Part shown: positions 19,131 to 29,311 of the stretch, piece by piece
How positions within the stretch are numbered: the stretch's first letter is position 1
Layout: every line of letters begins with the position of its first letter
Assembly: GCA_965203355.1 (NCBI GenBank)
Contig: OZ241889.1
Span: 1 to 64,000 of the forward strand
DNA: 64,000 nucleotides
Direction of reading: 5' to 3'
Origin: Candidatus Latescibacterota bacterium
GTDB taxonomy: Bacteria > Latescibacterota > UBA2968 > UBA8231
Program-made: the position numbers and the translations under genes
Notes under the pieces: model-generated
The model's database searches: none
What the model saw: only the letters and a program-made list of their open reading frames with translations
Told to the model about the DNA's origin: nothing

Positions 19131-22043
19131 ATGGATCACCGCGATTTTGAACTGCTGCGCGACGAAGAAATTCCCGAACTCAATACCCGCGCCTTGCTCT
19201 ACCGACACCGCACCGGCTGCGAGATTGTCTCGCTGATCAACGACGACGAAAACAAGGTCTTTGGCATCAGCTTCCGCACTCCACCAGCCGACTCGACCGG
19301 CATTGCCCACATCCTCGAACACTCGGTGCTGTGCGGCTCGCGCAAGTATCCGGTCAAGGAGCCGTTTGTCGAGCTGATCAAAGGCTCGCTCCACACCTTC
19401 CTCAACGCCTTCACCTATCCAGACAAAACCTGCTATCCGGTCGCCAGCACCAACGTGCAGGATTTCTACAACCTGATCGACGTGTACCTCGACGCCGTGT
19501 TCTACCCGAGGCTGACGCCGGAAGTCCTGCAACAGGAAGGCTGGCACTACGAGCTAGAAGCCCCCGGCGATCCGCTGCGCTACAAAGGCGTGGTCTTTAA
19601 CGAAATGAAAGGCGCGTACTCCGACCCAGAGCAGATCCTGGCCGAGCGCATCCAGCAATCCATCTTCCCGGACACGACGTACGGCGTGGACTCCGGCGGC
19701 GACCCGCGCCACATCCCGGCCCTCACCTTTGACCAGTTCAAGCGCTTCCACGACGACTTTTACCATCCGTCCAACGCCCGCATCTACTTCTATGGCGACG
19801 ACGACGCCCAGCACCGCCTCGCGCTTTTGCACGACTATCTAAGCGACTACGAGACGCACTCGGTTGACTCGACCATCGCCAGCCAGCCGCGCTTTGCCGC
19901 GCCCAAGCGGCAGCAATTTCCCTATGCGGTCGATCCAGACGCGGCCGAAGAGCCAAAGTGCTTTGTCGTGCTCACTTGGTTGTTGCACGACGCGATTGAT
20001 CCCGACGAGCGCCGGGCCTTGCAAGTGCTTGAACACGCGCTGCTCGGCACTCCGGGTTCGCCGCTGCGCAAGGCCCTGATCGACTCCGGGCTGGGCGAGG
20101 ATTTGACCGGCAGCGGGCTAGAGGTCGAATTGGCGCAGCTATTCTTCAGCGTGGGCCTCAAAGGCGTACAACAAAGCGATGTCGATGCGGTCGAGGCCCT
20201 GATCTTGCAGCACCTCGGCGCCTTGGCCGACGGCGGGATTGACCAAGGAATGGTCGCGGCTGCGCTACACACCGCGGAGTTCCGGTTGCGGGAAAACAAC
20301 ACCGGGTCCTTTCCGCGCGGCTTGGGGCTGATGCTGCGGCTGTTGACGGACTGGCTCCACGACCGCGACCCTTTCACTCCCTTGCGCTTTGCCGATTCCT
20401 TCGCCGCGCTCAAGGCCAAGTTAGCGGCGGACGACCGCTATCTAGAAGGGCTGATCCAACGCCACCTCCTAAACAATGCACACCGCACGACCGTGGTCCT
20501 GCAGCCCGATGCCGAGTTGGGGACGCGACAGGAGGAGGAAGAGACCGCGCGTCTAGCAGCGGCCCGGGCCAACATGAGCCACGCGGATTTAGCCGAGCTG
20601 GTCGCGTCCACTGCAAAGCTCAAGCACCTGCAAGAGCAACCCGACGCACCCGAGGACTTGGCCAAACTGCCCCGCCTGCAATTGAGCGATCTCGACCAAG
20701 CGATCAAAACCGTTCCGCGGCACGAGGACCAAATCGCCGGGGTGCCGATGCTCCACCACGACCTCTTCACCAATGGCATCGCCTATCTCGACGTGGGCTG
20801 CGATCTGCGGGTGCTGCCCCAAGAGCTTTTGCCCTATATCCCGCTCTTTGGGCGCGCCCTGCTGGAAATGGGCACCAAACGCATGAGCTTCGTCGAGCTG
20901 CAACAGCGGATCGGCAGCCAGACCGGCGGCCTGAGTGCCCAATCGCTGGTGGGGCCACGTCCCGATGGCGGGCCAGCCGCCGCGTACCTCTTTTTGCGCG
21001 GCAAGGCCATGGCTGAACGGGTCGCCGATCTGACGGCGATTGTGCGCGACGTGCTGCTAGAGGGCCGTCTAGACGACCGCGCACGCTTCTTGCAGATGGC
21101 CTTAGAAGAGCGGGCCAGTGCCGAGGCCGGATTGGTGCCGGGCGGGCATCGGGTGGTATTAGCGCGGCTGCGGGCGCAATTCGACGAGACCGGCTGGCTC
21201 GCAGAGCAGATGCGCGGCTTGAGCTATTTGTTCTTCTTGCGGCAGCTCATCGAAGACATCCGTCGCGACTGGCCAGCGGTCCAAGCGCGGCTGGAACAGA
21301 TCCGCGCCCTGCTAGTCAACCGGGCGGGCATGCTGTGCAATGCAACCGCAGCTAGCAGCGACCGCGCGGCCTGCGACCAGAGCTTAGCGGCGCTGTTGCA
21401 CGAGTTGCCCCAAGACGCGCACTCGCCCGCAACCTGGACGCCGCACCTGACCGCGGCCGACGAGGGCCTGACCGTCCCGGCCCAAGTCAATTACGTGGGC
21501 AAGGCGGCCAATCTCTTCGCGCTCGGCTACGAATTGCATGGGTCGTCGGTCGTCATCACGCGCTACTTGGCCACCACTTGGCTCTGGGATCGGGTGCGGG
21601 TCCAAGGCGGAGCCTACGGAGCCTTTTGCTCCTTCGACCCATTTAGCGGCGTGTTTGCCTACGCGTCGTACCGCGACCCCAACCTGCTAAAGACGCTACA
21701 AGTGTACGACCAGAGCGGCTCCTTCCTGCGCGACCATCCGATCAACAGCGCCGAACTGACCAAGGCCATCATCGGCACCATCGGCGACTTCGACGCCTAT
21801 CAGCTCCCCGACGCCAAGGGCTACGCCTCGCTGGTGCGCTACCTGACCGGCATCGACGACGACTATCGCCAGCAAATGCGCGACCAAGTCTTGAGCACCA
21901 AGCCCGAGCACTTTGCCGATTTTGCCGCCGTGCTGGACCAAGTCGGCACCGCGGGCCGGGTCGCGGTGCTGGGATCGGCGGATGCGATCGCTGCGGCTTC
22001 GGCCGCACGCGGGAATTGGCTGACGCCGGTCAAGGTGCTGTGA
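19131..22043 (+). CDS. Insulinase family M16C metallopeptidase (PreP-like)
   Basis: HILEH inverted zinc motif, GSRKYPVKEPF, LNAFTYPDKT, GVVFNEMKG, RVQGGAYG and SYRDP. Confidence 0.95.
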   Translation: MDHRDFELLRDEEIPELNTRALLYRHRTGCEIVSLINDDENKVFGISFRTPPADSTGIAHILEHSVLCGSRKYPVKEPFVELIKGSLHTFLNAFTYPDKTCYPVASTNVQDFYNLIDVYLDAVFYPRLTPEVLQQEGWHYELEAPGDPLRYKGVVFNEMKGAYSDPEQILAERIQQSIFPDTTYGVDSGGDPRHIPALTFDQFKRFHDDFYHPSNARIYFYGDDDAQHRLALLHDYLSDYETHSVDSTIASQPRFAAPKRQQFPYAVDPDAAEEPKCFVVLTWLLHDAIDPDERRALQVLEHALLGTPGSPLRKALIDSGLGEDLTGSGLEVELAQLFFSVGLKGVQQSDVDAVEALILQHLGALADGGIDQGMVAAALHTAEFRLRENNTGSFPRGLGLMLRLLTDWLHDRDPFTPLRFADSFAALKAKLAADDRYLEGLIQRHLLNNAHRTTVVLQPDAELGTRQEEEETARLAAARANMSHADLAELVASTAKLKHLQEQPDAPEDLAKLPRLQLSDLDQAIKTVPRHEDQIAGVPMLHHDLFTNGIAYLDVGCDLRVLPQELLPYIPLFGRALLEMGTKRMSFVELQQRIGSQTGGLSAQSLVGPRPDGGPAAAYLFLRGKAMAERVADLTAIVRDVLLEGRLDDRARFLQMALEERASAEAGLVPGGHRVVLARLRAQFDETGWLAEQMRGLSYLFFLRQLIEDIRRDWPAVQARLEQIRALLVNRAGMLCNATAASSDRAACDQSLAALLHELPQDAHSPATWTPHLTAADEGLTVPAQVNYVGKAANLFALGYELHGSSVVITRYLATTWLWDRVRVQGGAYGAFCSFDPFSGVFAYASYRDPNLLKTLQVYDQSGSFLRDHPINSAELTKAIIGTIGDFDAYQLPDAKGYASLVRYLTGIDDDYRQQMRDQVLSTKPEHFADFAAVLDQVGTAGRVAVLGSADAIAAASAARGNWLTPVKVL

Positions 22044-22052
22044 GCATCGGCT

Positions 22053-22130
22053 AGTGGCCAGTAGCCAGTGGCCAGTGGTCAGGAACTACTGACCACCGAC
22101 CACCGACCACTGACCACTCTTTTTTATTTT
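22053..22130 (+). terminator. Long hairpin made of heptamer tandem repeats followed by a U-tract
   Basis: Four AGTGGCC-like units, loop GAACTA, four GACCACY units, then CTTTTTTATTTT just after the peptidase stop. Confidence 0.7.
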
Positions 22131-22223
22131 CGCGGTTCACATAGTTGCGCCTTGTGGGTCATATAGGGCAAACGCGCTACCGGCCGGAGCGACAACCCGC
22201 ACTCTTTCATTGAGGAGGACATC

Positions 22224-22325
22224 ATGCAACTCTCAGCCGTTCGCATCCTATGTGTCGCCCTGATCGCCGTCTATATCACCTACGAGGTGTTGGTGTTGCG
22301 CCCGCACGGCAAAGGCGCAAAGTAA
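22224..22325 (+). CDS. Small 33-aa single-TM protein
   Basis: GAGGAGG RBS 5 nt before ATG; MQLSAVRILCVALIAVYITYEVLVLRPHGKGAK*. Confidence 0.6.
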   Translation: MQLSAVRILCVALIAVYITYEVLVLRPHGKGAK

Positions 22326-22329
22326 GCGT

Positions 22330-23595
22330 TCACGCGCGCTCGTCCGTCAGGCGTTTGGCGTATTCGCCGCGCGGGATGCGGAAGTAGCCCTGAAAGTACA
22401 GTACGCCCGCGGCCGTAATCACGGCACTGCCCAAAAACAACGCCCGATACCCCAGCGCGTCGATCAGCCAGCCGCCGGCGAGCGAAACGCCGGCGGTGCT
22501 GACGCCGTAGGCCATGGTCAGCGCCGAACTCATGGTCACCCGCCAACGCTCAGGGACCAATTCCTGCTGAAAGACAATATAGACCGAGCGGCGGACCGAG
22601 CTGAGAGCGACCAGAGCCATACAAGCGGTTCCGGCCACCGCCCAATGGGCGATCAGCGCGAGGGGAACGAGGCACAGCACCATCGCCCCGGACCCCACGG
22701 TTATCACCGGCACCCGACCAAAACGCCGACTGAGCGCCGGGGCGGCCAGCGCGGTACACGCGGCCAAGAGCTGGCCCCCAGCCGTCAAGCTGCCAATCAG
22801 CACCGTGGAGACCCCGAGGCCGTCATCCATATAGACATTGAAAAAGACGCGGAGACTGTTTTCCGCCGCCATCTGCAAGAAGGTGACCAAGCTCAAGGCG
22901 AGAATGATGGCCAAGGGGAAAGGCGTTGCTGCGCCGCGTTCCCTATCGGGCGGTTTGGGCGGACGGGAGCGGGTGGCGGCGATAGCACCGGCACTGACAA
23001 ACAGTACGCCAGCGGCTAGCAGCAGTGGATAGCGATAGGGGGCCGGGTGGTCTTCGGGCAGGCCGAGGAGCGCGGAGAATAGGCCGGGCAACAGTCCACC
23101 GCACAAACTGCCAGCAAAACCCGCCAGCGGCCACAGGGCCACCTGAGTCGAGAACACGTGATTGCGCAGTCGCGGTGGACAGATGAGGGTCAGAAAGGGA
23201 ATTGAGCAGACGAGGAAGAGCGTGTTGCCGAGGACGCCGAGGGCATAGGCCGCCATGATCCAAGCGAGCTGCGCGGCGGCCGGAGCAAACTCGCTGAGGG
23301 GCAGCAAGCCAAAACCGAGAGCGGCGACCACCATGCCGACCATCATGCTCCGACGCGCACCCCAGCGGTTGGCCAACAGCCCCGCGGGCATACTCAAGAG
23401 GGCAAACGACAACGCGCCAACGGCGTTGACTTGGCCGATCAACTGAGGGCCGTAGCCCAAGCGCAGGAGATAGAGATTGAGCAAGACCGTATAGACGCCG
23501 CCGAAAATCGTAAAGCCGATCAAGGCTTGGCTGAAGAGCACCAAGCGCACGTCGCGGTTGAAAAGCGCCAGCGCCTCGCGGTGAGTGGAGACCAA
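22330..23595 (-). CDS. MFS transporter
   Basis: About 12 hydrophobic segments; G.LANRWGARR motif A-like. Confidence 0.9.
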   Translation of the reverse strand: MVSTHREALALFNRDVRLVLFSQALIGFTIFGGVYTVLLNLYLLRLGYGPQLIGQVNAVGALSFALLSMPAGLLANRWGARRSMMVGMVVAALGFGLLPLSEFAPAAAQLAWIMAAYALGVLGNTLFLVCSIPFLTLICPPRLRNHVFSTQVALWPLAGFAGSLCGGLLPGLFSALLGLPEDHPAPYRYPLLLAAGVLFVSAGAIAATRSRPPKPPDRERGAATPFPLAIILALSLVTFLQMAAENSLRVFFNVYMDDGLGVSTVLIGSLTAGGQLLAACTALAAPALSRRFGRVPVITVGSGAMVLCLVPLALIAHWAVAGTACMALVALSSVRRSVYIVFQQELVPERWRVTMSSALTMAYGVSTAGVSLAGGWLIDALGYRALFLGSAVITAAGVLYFQGYFRIPRGEYAKRLTDERA

Positions 23596-23686
23596 TTTAT
23601 TTTTTGACGAAATGAGAGCGGTCGGTTATGTATAGGGCCGTAAATCAACGGCTCGCCGCGAAAAAAGGCAATGCAGCAGAGGAGAT

Positions 23687-24604
23687 ATGACGCGCAGCGG
23701 AATTCTTTGGGGTTTGTTGGCATGGGCATCGAGCGTCTTGGCCGCAGAGATAGTCCAAGTGCAGACGCCGGCTGGCACCATGCACGAATTGGCGCGCGTC
23801 GCCGCTGGTTATTTTGCGATGGGCTCGACCGAGGGACGGGCGGACGAGCAGCCGGTCCACCCAGTCTATCTCGACGAATTCTACATAGACCGTTTTGAGG
23901 TCAACAACGACCAGTACGCTGCCTTTTTGAACGACATCAACCGCAACGCAGACGAGGAAGGGCATCGGCTGCTCGACGTGCGCGACGCCGACGTGCAAAT
24001 CAGCTACTCGGACGCAGGATACGCGCCGCTTCCCGGCACCGAGCAACGGCCAGTCGCCGAAGTCTCGTGGTACGGTGCTCGTGCGTATTGCACTTGGGCC
24101 GACATGCAGTTGCCAACCGAAGCCATGTGGGAAAAGGCCGCCCGCGGCAGCGACGGCCGCATTTATCCCTGGGGCGATTCCATCGACCGCAGCCGAGCCA
24201 ATTACGGCAAAGAGGGCTGCTGTCGCGGCGACGACAGCGACGGGTTTTTCGACTCGGCTCCCGTAGGCTCTTATCAGCGCGGGGTTTCGCCCTATGGAGC
24301 CTACGATATGGGAGGCAATGTCTGGGAGTGGGTGGTGGATTGGTACGGCGAGGATTACTACGCGCAAAGCCCCGAGCGCGATCCGCACGGGCCGGATGCC
24401 GGCATCAGCCGAGTGCTGCGGGGCGGGTCGATGAGCAGCGACCCCTATCGCCTGCGCACCACCGACCGCAGTGGGTTGCCGCCTTCGGTGAGCTATGTCA
24501 TCGTTGGATTTCGCTGCGCGGCGCGCGAACTCCCCGCCACCGCAGTGCAGGCCGCCCGTTGGGGACAAATCAAGCGCAGGGCCGAGGAAGGGGATGCGCG
24601 ATGA
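23687..24604 (+). CDS. Formylglycine-generating enzyme (SUMF1/FGE-sulfatase) domain protein, secreted
   Basis: F.MGS, LPTEAMWEKAARG, YPWG, SPYGAYDMGGNVWEW, RVLRGGS and GFRCA; signal peptide. Confidence 0.92.
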   Translation: MTRSGILWGLLAWASSVLAAEIVQVQTPAGTMHELARVAAGYFAMGSTEGRADEQPVHPVYLDEFYIDRFEVNNDQYAAFLNDINRNADEEGHRLLDVRDADVQISYSDAGYAPLPGTEQRPVAEVSWYGARAYCTWADMQLPTEAMWEKAARGSDGRIYPWGDSIDRSRANYGKEGCCRGDDSDGFFDSAPVGSYQRGVSPYGAYDMGGNVWEWVVDWYGEDYYAQSPERDPHGPDAGISRVLRGGSMSSDPYRLRTTDRSGLPPSVSYVIVGFRCAARELPATAVQAARWGQIKRRAEEGDAR

Positions 24605-24618
24605 ACCCGCACAAAGGC

Positions 24619-24660
24619 AAACAGCCCCTCAGCTTGTGCAAGCCAAAGGGCTGTTTATTG
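24619..24660. terminator. Putative bidirectional intrinsic terminator
   Basis: AAACAGCCC...GGGCTGTTT inverted repeat between the convergent FGE gene and tRNA. Confidence 0.55.
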
Positions 24661-24670
24661 TTTATAATAG

Positions 24671-24746
24671 TGGTGGCTCCTCGCGGAATCGAACCGCGGA
24701 CACAGAGATTTTCAGTCTCCTGCTCTACCAACTGAGCTAAAGAGCC
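24671..24746 (-). tRNA. tRNA-Phe (GAA)
   Basis: Reverse complement GGCTCTTTAGCTCAGTTGGTAGAGCAGGAGACTGAAAATCTCTGTGTCCGCGGTTCGATTCCGCGAGGAGCCACCA; cloverleaf, GAA anticodon, encoded CCA. Confidence 0.97.
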
Positions 24747-24800
24747 ACCCGAAGAAAGACTCAAATTAAAGCCCCTCATTTGCCTTGTCAAGGAAGCGCC

Positions 24801-25322
24801 ATGCCCGTCTCGATCATCCCGTTTAACATGCCCGAACCTGCTGAAATTCCTCCGCACATCGTCGCATCACTTGAGGCCATGTCTCCAGACCAAGCCGTGA
24901 TCCAAGGCATGGATTTGCTGCTGGGCATCGAAGCGGCAGACACCATCGTATATGAGCGCGTTGGCCACGGGGTCGTCCACGCGGCCGGTGCCGGCGCCGA
25001 AGTCCTGCAACGGGTGCTGGAACAAGACGACGCCCGTTCCTTCGCCGCTCAAGACGGGATGGGTCACTCCGCGTTGCTGCTAGTGGGGCAGACCCACGCC
25101 GACGAAAAAAGCCCTCTGCCAGCAGGAGTGGTGCGCTTCCTGTTGGAGGGAGCTGAAAGCGGGTCTATCGGCTTTAGCTACGTGTTGCCGCTCAAGGCCA
25201 GCGGCGGCCAGCTATGGGGCGCGTTAACGCTGATTCGCCGAGCGGCGAGCGGGCCGCTCAACCACGAGCAGCCCAATCTGTGCGAGGGTATGCGGCGCGT
25301 GTTAAGCCGGATGGGCGATTAG
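24801..25322 (+). CDS. Hypothetical protein, GAF-like
   Basis: YVLPLKASGGQLWGALTLIR resembles a GAF C-terminal strand; start uncertain. Confidence 0.55.
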   Translation: MPVSIIPFNMPEPAEIPPHIVASLEAMSPDQAVIQGMDLLLGIEAADTIVYERVGHGVVHAAGAGAEVLQRVLEQDDARSFAAQDGMGHSALLLVGQTHADEKSPLPAGVVRFLLEGAESGSIGFSYVLPLKASGGQLWGALTLIRRAASGPLNHEQPNLCEGMRRVLSRMGD

Positions 25323-25588
25323 GCTGAGACCGGCTCGACGACTCCGTTGGTCAGCATCCAAGCCTCGACCTCATCGCCATCGACATCGGCCAACATCTGG
25401 CCGTTGATCTCGACGCAGGGCGATAGCGGCTGGCCGCTTTTCTGGACCATCTCAGCGTAAATATCGGGATGGTTGATAATGTCTTTGTCTTCGTATGCCA
25501 AGTCGTATTTGGCGAAGGTAGCGCGCACGCTATTGCTCCAACCGCAAACCGGCTTCAGATAGGCGACGATGCGAGGGGCTTCAGCCAT
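25319..25588 (-). CDS. Glutaredoxin-like protein (monothiol CGWS)
   Basis: YLKPVCGWS...KSGQPLSPCVEING. Confidence 0.85.
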   Translation of the reverse strand: MAEAPRIVAYLKPVCGWSNSVRATFAKYDLAYEDKDIINHPDIYAEMVQKSGQPLSPCVEINGQMLADVDGDEVEAWMLTNGVVEPVSA

Positions 25589-25769
25589 GATTGAAATTCC
25601 TTTCTGGCGTGTATAGAAACGATTTTGCGTTTGGTGGAATATAGAGACGCGCCCCTCTCTGTCAAGCAGCGCATTGAATGATTGACGAACCGCATACCCT
25701 AATGTTACATTTGAAAAACTCCCTCTCCCTTGGCGTTTTTACTCTTCATCCATTAATACAGGAGTAATA

Positions 25770-27041
25770 ATGAATTCTACCGAAGTTCTTTGCGTGCGCG
25801 GCGGCCGTCCTCTCCAAGGTGAGGTCGAGATACAAGGGTCTAAAAACGCTGCTTTGCCCATGTTGGCGGCCTCGTTGTTGGCCACTGAAGGGCAAACCGT
25901 TCTACACCGGGTACCTCCGGTCAACGACGTATTGGTGGCCCTAGAAGTGTTGCGTCGGCTTGGCGCACGCGTTGATTACGATGCAACCCAAGGAGTGGCC
26001 GTCCTAGACACGCGCGATGTCAAAGAAACCCAACTTCCCGCGGATTTGACCAATCGCTTTCGCGCCTCGCTGCTTTTCGTCGGGCCGCTGTTGGCGCGCT
26101 TTGGCCGCGCTTGGATCCAAGAGGTCGGCGGTTGCACGATTGGCTCGCGGCCAACCGACTATCACTATCGCGGTTTTGCCCGGCTCGGGGCCGAGGTCGC
26201 AGGCGTGAACGGCGGCGGCATCGGCGCGGTGGCCAAGCAGCTATCCGGTGCCTTTATGTACTGCGATGTGCCCAGCCATACGGGGGTCGAAAACCTCATT
26301 ATGGCCTCCTGTTTGGCAGCGGGAGAGTCCGTGGTCGAAAACGCGGCCTCCGACCCGGAGATCGCCGATCTCGCATCGCTCCTGCAAAAAATGGGGGCCC
26401 AAGTCGAAGGCGTTGGTACGCGGCGAGTGTATGTTAAGGGAGTCCACGAGCTGGTAGGTGCCGAGCACACGATCATGTACGACCGGCTCGACGCCGGCCT
26501 GATGATGATGGCGGGCGCGATTACGGGCGGCGACATCGCCATCAAAGGCGTGGTGCGCGACCACCTGTACGTTTTTGAAGCCAAGCTACAGCAAATGGGC
26601 GTCGAGATGGCCGAGGAAGGGGCTTGGATGCGGGTGCGCGGGCCGCAAACCTTGTCGCCGATCAACGTAGTAACCACCTTTTACCCCGGTTTCCCAACGG
26701 ACTTACAGCCCGGGATAACGGCCCTAGCGTGCCTGGCCAAAGGAGACAGCTACATCCGCGAGACCGTATTCGAAGATCGCCTTGGCCACGTCAAAGCCCT
26801 GCGTTCCTTTGGCGCTCGCATCGCGCCGGAAAAGGACCGCTTGGTGTTGGCGCACGGACCAGCCCAGCTCAAAGGAGCGGCGGTCAAGGCTACGGACATT
26901 CGCGCCGGGGCCGCCTGCGTACTCGCTGGCCTAGCGGCCGAGGGTTGCACCGAAATCAGCAACCTCTACCAACTCGACCGCGGACACGCCCACCTCGAGC
27001 ACCGCCTGCGGGCCTTGGGTGCTGACATCGAAAGGCACTAA
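25770..27041 (+). CDS. murA: UDP-N-acetylglucosamine 1-carboxyvinyltransferase
   Basis: GSKNAALP, GGCTIGSRP (catalytic Cys), PGFPTDLQ, DIRAGA and LDRG. Confidence 0.93.
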   Translation: MNSTEVLCVRGGRPLQGEVEIQGSKNAALPMLAASLLATEGQTVLHRVPPVNDVLVALEVLRRLGARVDYDATQGVAVLDTRDVKETQLPADLTNRFRASLLFVGPLLARFGRAWIQEVGGCTIGSRPTDYHYRGFARLGAEVAGVNGGGIGAVAKQLSGAFMYCDVPSHTGVENLIMASCLAAGESVVENAASDPEIADLASLLQKMGAQVEGVGTRRVYVKGVHELVGAEHTIMYDRLDAGLMMMAGAITGGDIAIKGVVRDHLYVFEAKLQQMGVEMAEEGAWMRVRGPQTLSPINVVTTFYPGFPTDLQPGITALACLAKGDSYIRETVFEDRLGHVKALRSFGARIAPEKDRLVLAHGPAQLKGAAVKATDIRAGAACVLAGLAAEGCTEISNLYQLDRGHAHLEHRLRALGADIERH

Positions 27042-27132
27042 GGCGCGTTGCACATTGAACGAGAACAAGCGGTCGGGAGCGCGCATCTCGGCCGCTTATT
27101 TTTGTTTGTCTATCACCAGATAGGAGAGCACC

Positions 27133-28257
27133 ATGATCGTCCAATCCGACGCCGTGTATGTAGCGCGTTCACCCATCGACCGCGCCGACGCTCCCTTTGC
27201 GACCTACCAAGAGTTGGCCTATCGCACCCTCGCCGCCCTTGAGATGCCGCTACCGGACGCCGGCACCATCTTGCTCAAACCCAACGCCACCGTGCTCTAT
27301 CCACCAGAAAAGCGCGTCATCACCCATCCCGGATTTGTCGGCGGCTTGCTCGACGCCTTGCGCGACCGCGGCGTATCCGCCGAGCGCATGGTGGTGGCCG
27401 ATGGCCAATCCGGGGAAAACCCCACCGCCGGACACACCTGGGCATTATGCGGCTATCGCGCCATGACCGAGGCGCGGGGGGTGCGGCTCGCAGAAATGAA
27501 CACCGACGAGGATGCCCGCGTCGTCGAGGTGGCCGATGGCGTGGTGTACGCGCGCTATCCCCTGTACCGCGAAGTAACCGATTGCGCCTTCTTTTTTAAC
27601 GTCCCCCTCGCCAAGTGCCACAACCTCGGCTGCACTACTTTGTCGATTAAAAACCTGATGGGCATCATCGCCAAGCCCGAGCGACACTTGTGCGCGATCC
27701 AAGCGGTGGACAAGCCTTACGCCGAGGACCTGTGGCGACTGACCAAGAGCGGCTTCAGCCTCTTTGAAGACCGCTTCTATCACAAGCTCTGCGATCTATT
27801 GGTCGCGCTGCGCGGCTTGGGGATGCCGCGACTTTCAGTGGTAGATGGCCTAGTCGGCCGCGACGGCACTGCCTTCAACGAAGGAGCCAACTACCCCCTT
27901 GGCTGGGCTGTGGCCGGCGTCAACGAAGTACACCTAGATGCGATAGCCACCTACCTGATGGGCCTCGACCCACAGGCCACCCCCTACCTGCAATTCGCCC
28001 ACGCCCGCGGCCTAGGGGCCATTGATCCCGAGAAAATCGAGGTCGTCGATCTCGCCAGCGGCACGTCGCTTTCAGGCGCGGATCTCGCCGAGTTGCGGCC
28101 GGCCGCGCCGCTGATGCCCATCTCCCGCCGCAAAGGCGGGTACTACAAGCGCTTTCGCACCGACGGGTCGGCGGTGCCTTGGCGCTTGGACGAGGTCAAC
28201 GCCCAACGCCAGCAGGACGGTTTGGCACCCGTTCCCTATGAGCCAGCCCGCGCCTGA
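27133..28257 (+). CDS. DUF362 domain protein
   Basis: ILLKPN, THP, VPLAKCH, TLSIKNLMG and VVDG motifs. Confidence 0.85.
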   Translation: MIVQSDAVYVARSPIDRADAPFATYQELAYRTLAALEMPLPDAGTILLKPNATVLYPPEKRVITHPGFVGGLLDALRDRGVSAERMVVADGQSGENPTAGHTWALCGYRAMTEARGVRLAEMNTDEDARVVEVADGVVYARYPLYREVTDCAFFFNVPLAKCHNLGCTTLSIKNLMGIIAKPERHLCAIQAVDKPYAEDLWRLTKSGFSLFEDRFYHKLCDLLVALRGLGMPRLSVVDGLVGRDGTAFNEGANYPLGWAVAGVNEVHLDAIATYLMGLDPQATPYLQFAHARGLGAIDPEKIEVVDLASGTSLSGADLAELRPAAPLMPISRRKGGYYKRFRTDGSAVPWRLDEVNAQRQQDGLAPVPYEPARA

Positions 28258-28585
28258 GCACACCCTCCGCGCCTGCCAACGCGCCGTGGACGAGTGGATC
28301 GCCGACATCGGTGTGCGCTACTTCTCCGAACTGACCAATACGGCCGTGCTGATGGAAGAAGTCGGCGAGTTGGCGCGGATCATGGCTCGCACCTTTGGCG
28401 AGCAGAGCTTTAAGGCCGGCGAGGAAGCCGATCTCGGCCTGGAGATGGCCGACGTGCTCTTCGTCCTCATATGCCTCGCCAATCAAACCGGGATCGACCT
28501 GGAGGAATCCTTCCAGCGCACACTGGCCAAGAAGACCCGACGCGATCGCAGGCGGCACGGGGAAAACCCCAAACTCCAATCTTGA
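28238..28585 (+). CDS. MazG-like nucleotide pyrophosphohydrolase (YpjD-like)
   Basis: YFSELTN..LMEEVGELAR, EMADVLFVLICLAN. Confidence 0.9.
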   Translation: MSQPAPEHTLRACQRAVDEWIADIGVRYFSELTNTAVLMEEVGELARIMARTFGEQSFKAGEEADLGLEMADVLFVLICLANQTGIDLEESFQRTLAKKTRRDRRRHGENPKLQS

Positions 28586-28648
28586 TTCAGCCAACAGCCG
28601 GCCAGTTGTGCTGCGCCCTACACACCCTCTTTTTGCGAAAGGCGGCCC

Positions 28649-29311
28649 ATGAGTTCCCGCAACGGTTTTATCGAAGCGCGTATTTACGACTACATCCTCG
28701 CCAATTCGCTGCGCGACCGCGCCGCGCTCAAGCGGTTGCGGCAGGAGACCCAAGCCATGCCCATGGGCGGAATGCAGATCTCGCCCGATCAGGGACAGTT
28801 CATGGGGCTGCTCGTCGAGCTGATCGGCGCCAAGCGCATCGTCGAGGTGGGGACCTTTACGGGCTACAGCAGCATCGCCATGGCACTGGCCCTGCCCGCG
28901 GACGGGCGTCTAATCGCCTGCGACGTCAGTGATGAGTTTACCAGCATCGCCCGGCGCTATTGGCAAGAGGTCGGCGTGGCCGACAAGATCGAATTGCGGC
29001 TGGGACCAGCCGTAGCAACGCTCGACCGAATGCTGGCAGCCGGAGCAGTGGATTGCTTTGACATGGCCTTTATTGACGCGGATAAGGAAAACTACGACGC
29101 CTATTACGAGCGCTGCCTACAACTCTTGCGCCCGGGCGGCCTGCTCCTACTCGACAACGTGCTGTGGGGCGGGCGACCCGCCGATGCCAACGAGCAGTCC
29201 GAAAGCACCGTGGCGATCCGAGCACTCAACGCCAAAATCCACGCCGATGAGCGCGTAACCGCGTCCCTGCTGTCGGTCGGCGACGGGCTGACGCTGGCGC
29301 GTAAGCGGTAA
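28649..29311 (+). CDS. Class I SAM-dependent O-methyltransferase (catechol/caffeoyl-CoA type)
   Basis: MQISPDQGQF, EVGTFTGYS, FIDADKENY, DNVLW and GDGLTL. Confidence 0.93.
   Translation: MSSRNGFIEARIYDYILANSLRDRAALKRLRQETQAMPMGGMQISPDQGQFMGLLVELIGAKRIVEVGTFTGYSSIAMALALPADGRLIACDVSDEFTSIARRYWQEVGVADKIELRLGPAVATLDRMLAAGAVDCFDMAFIDADKENYDAYYERCLQLLRPGGLLLLDNVLWGGRPADANEQSESTVAIRALNAKIHADERVTASLLSVGDGLTLARKR

Noticed and set aside
22160-22200. GGGCAAAC motif as a c-di-GMP-I riboswitch
   Set aside because: Lacks the GNRA-capped stem and the downstream GCAAAG/second stem
24671-24746. tRNA-Phe as an integration site for an island
   Set aside because: No integrase and no duplicated tRNA 3' end seen in the window
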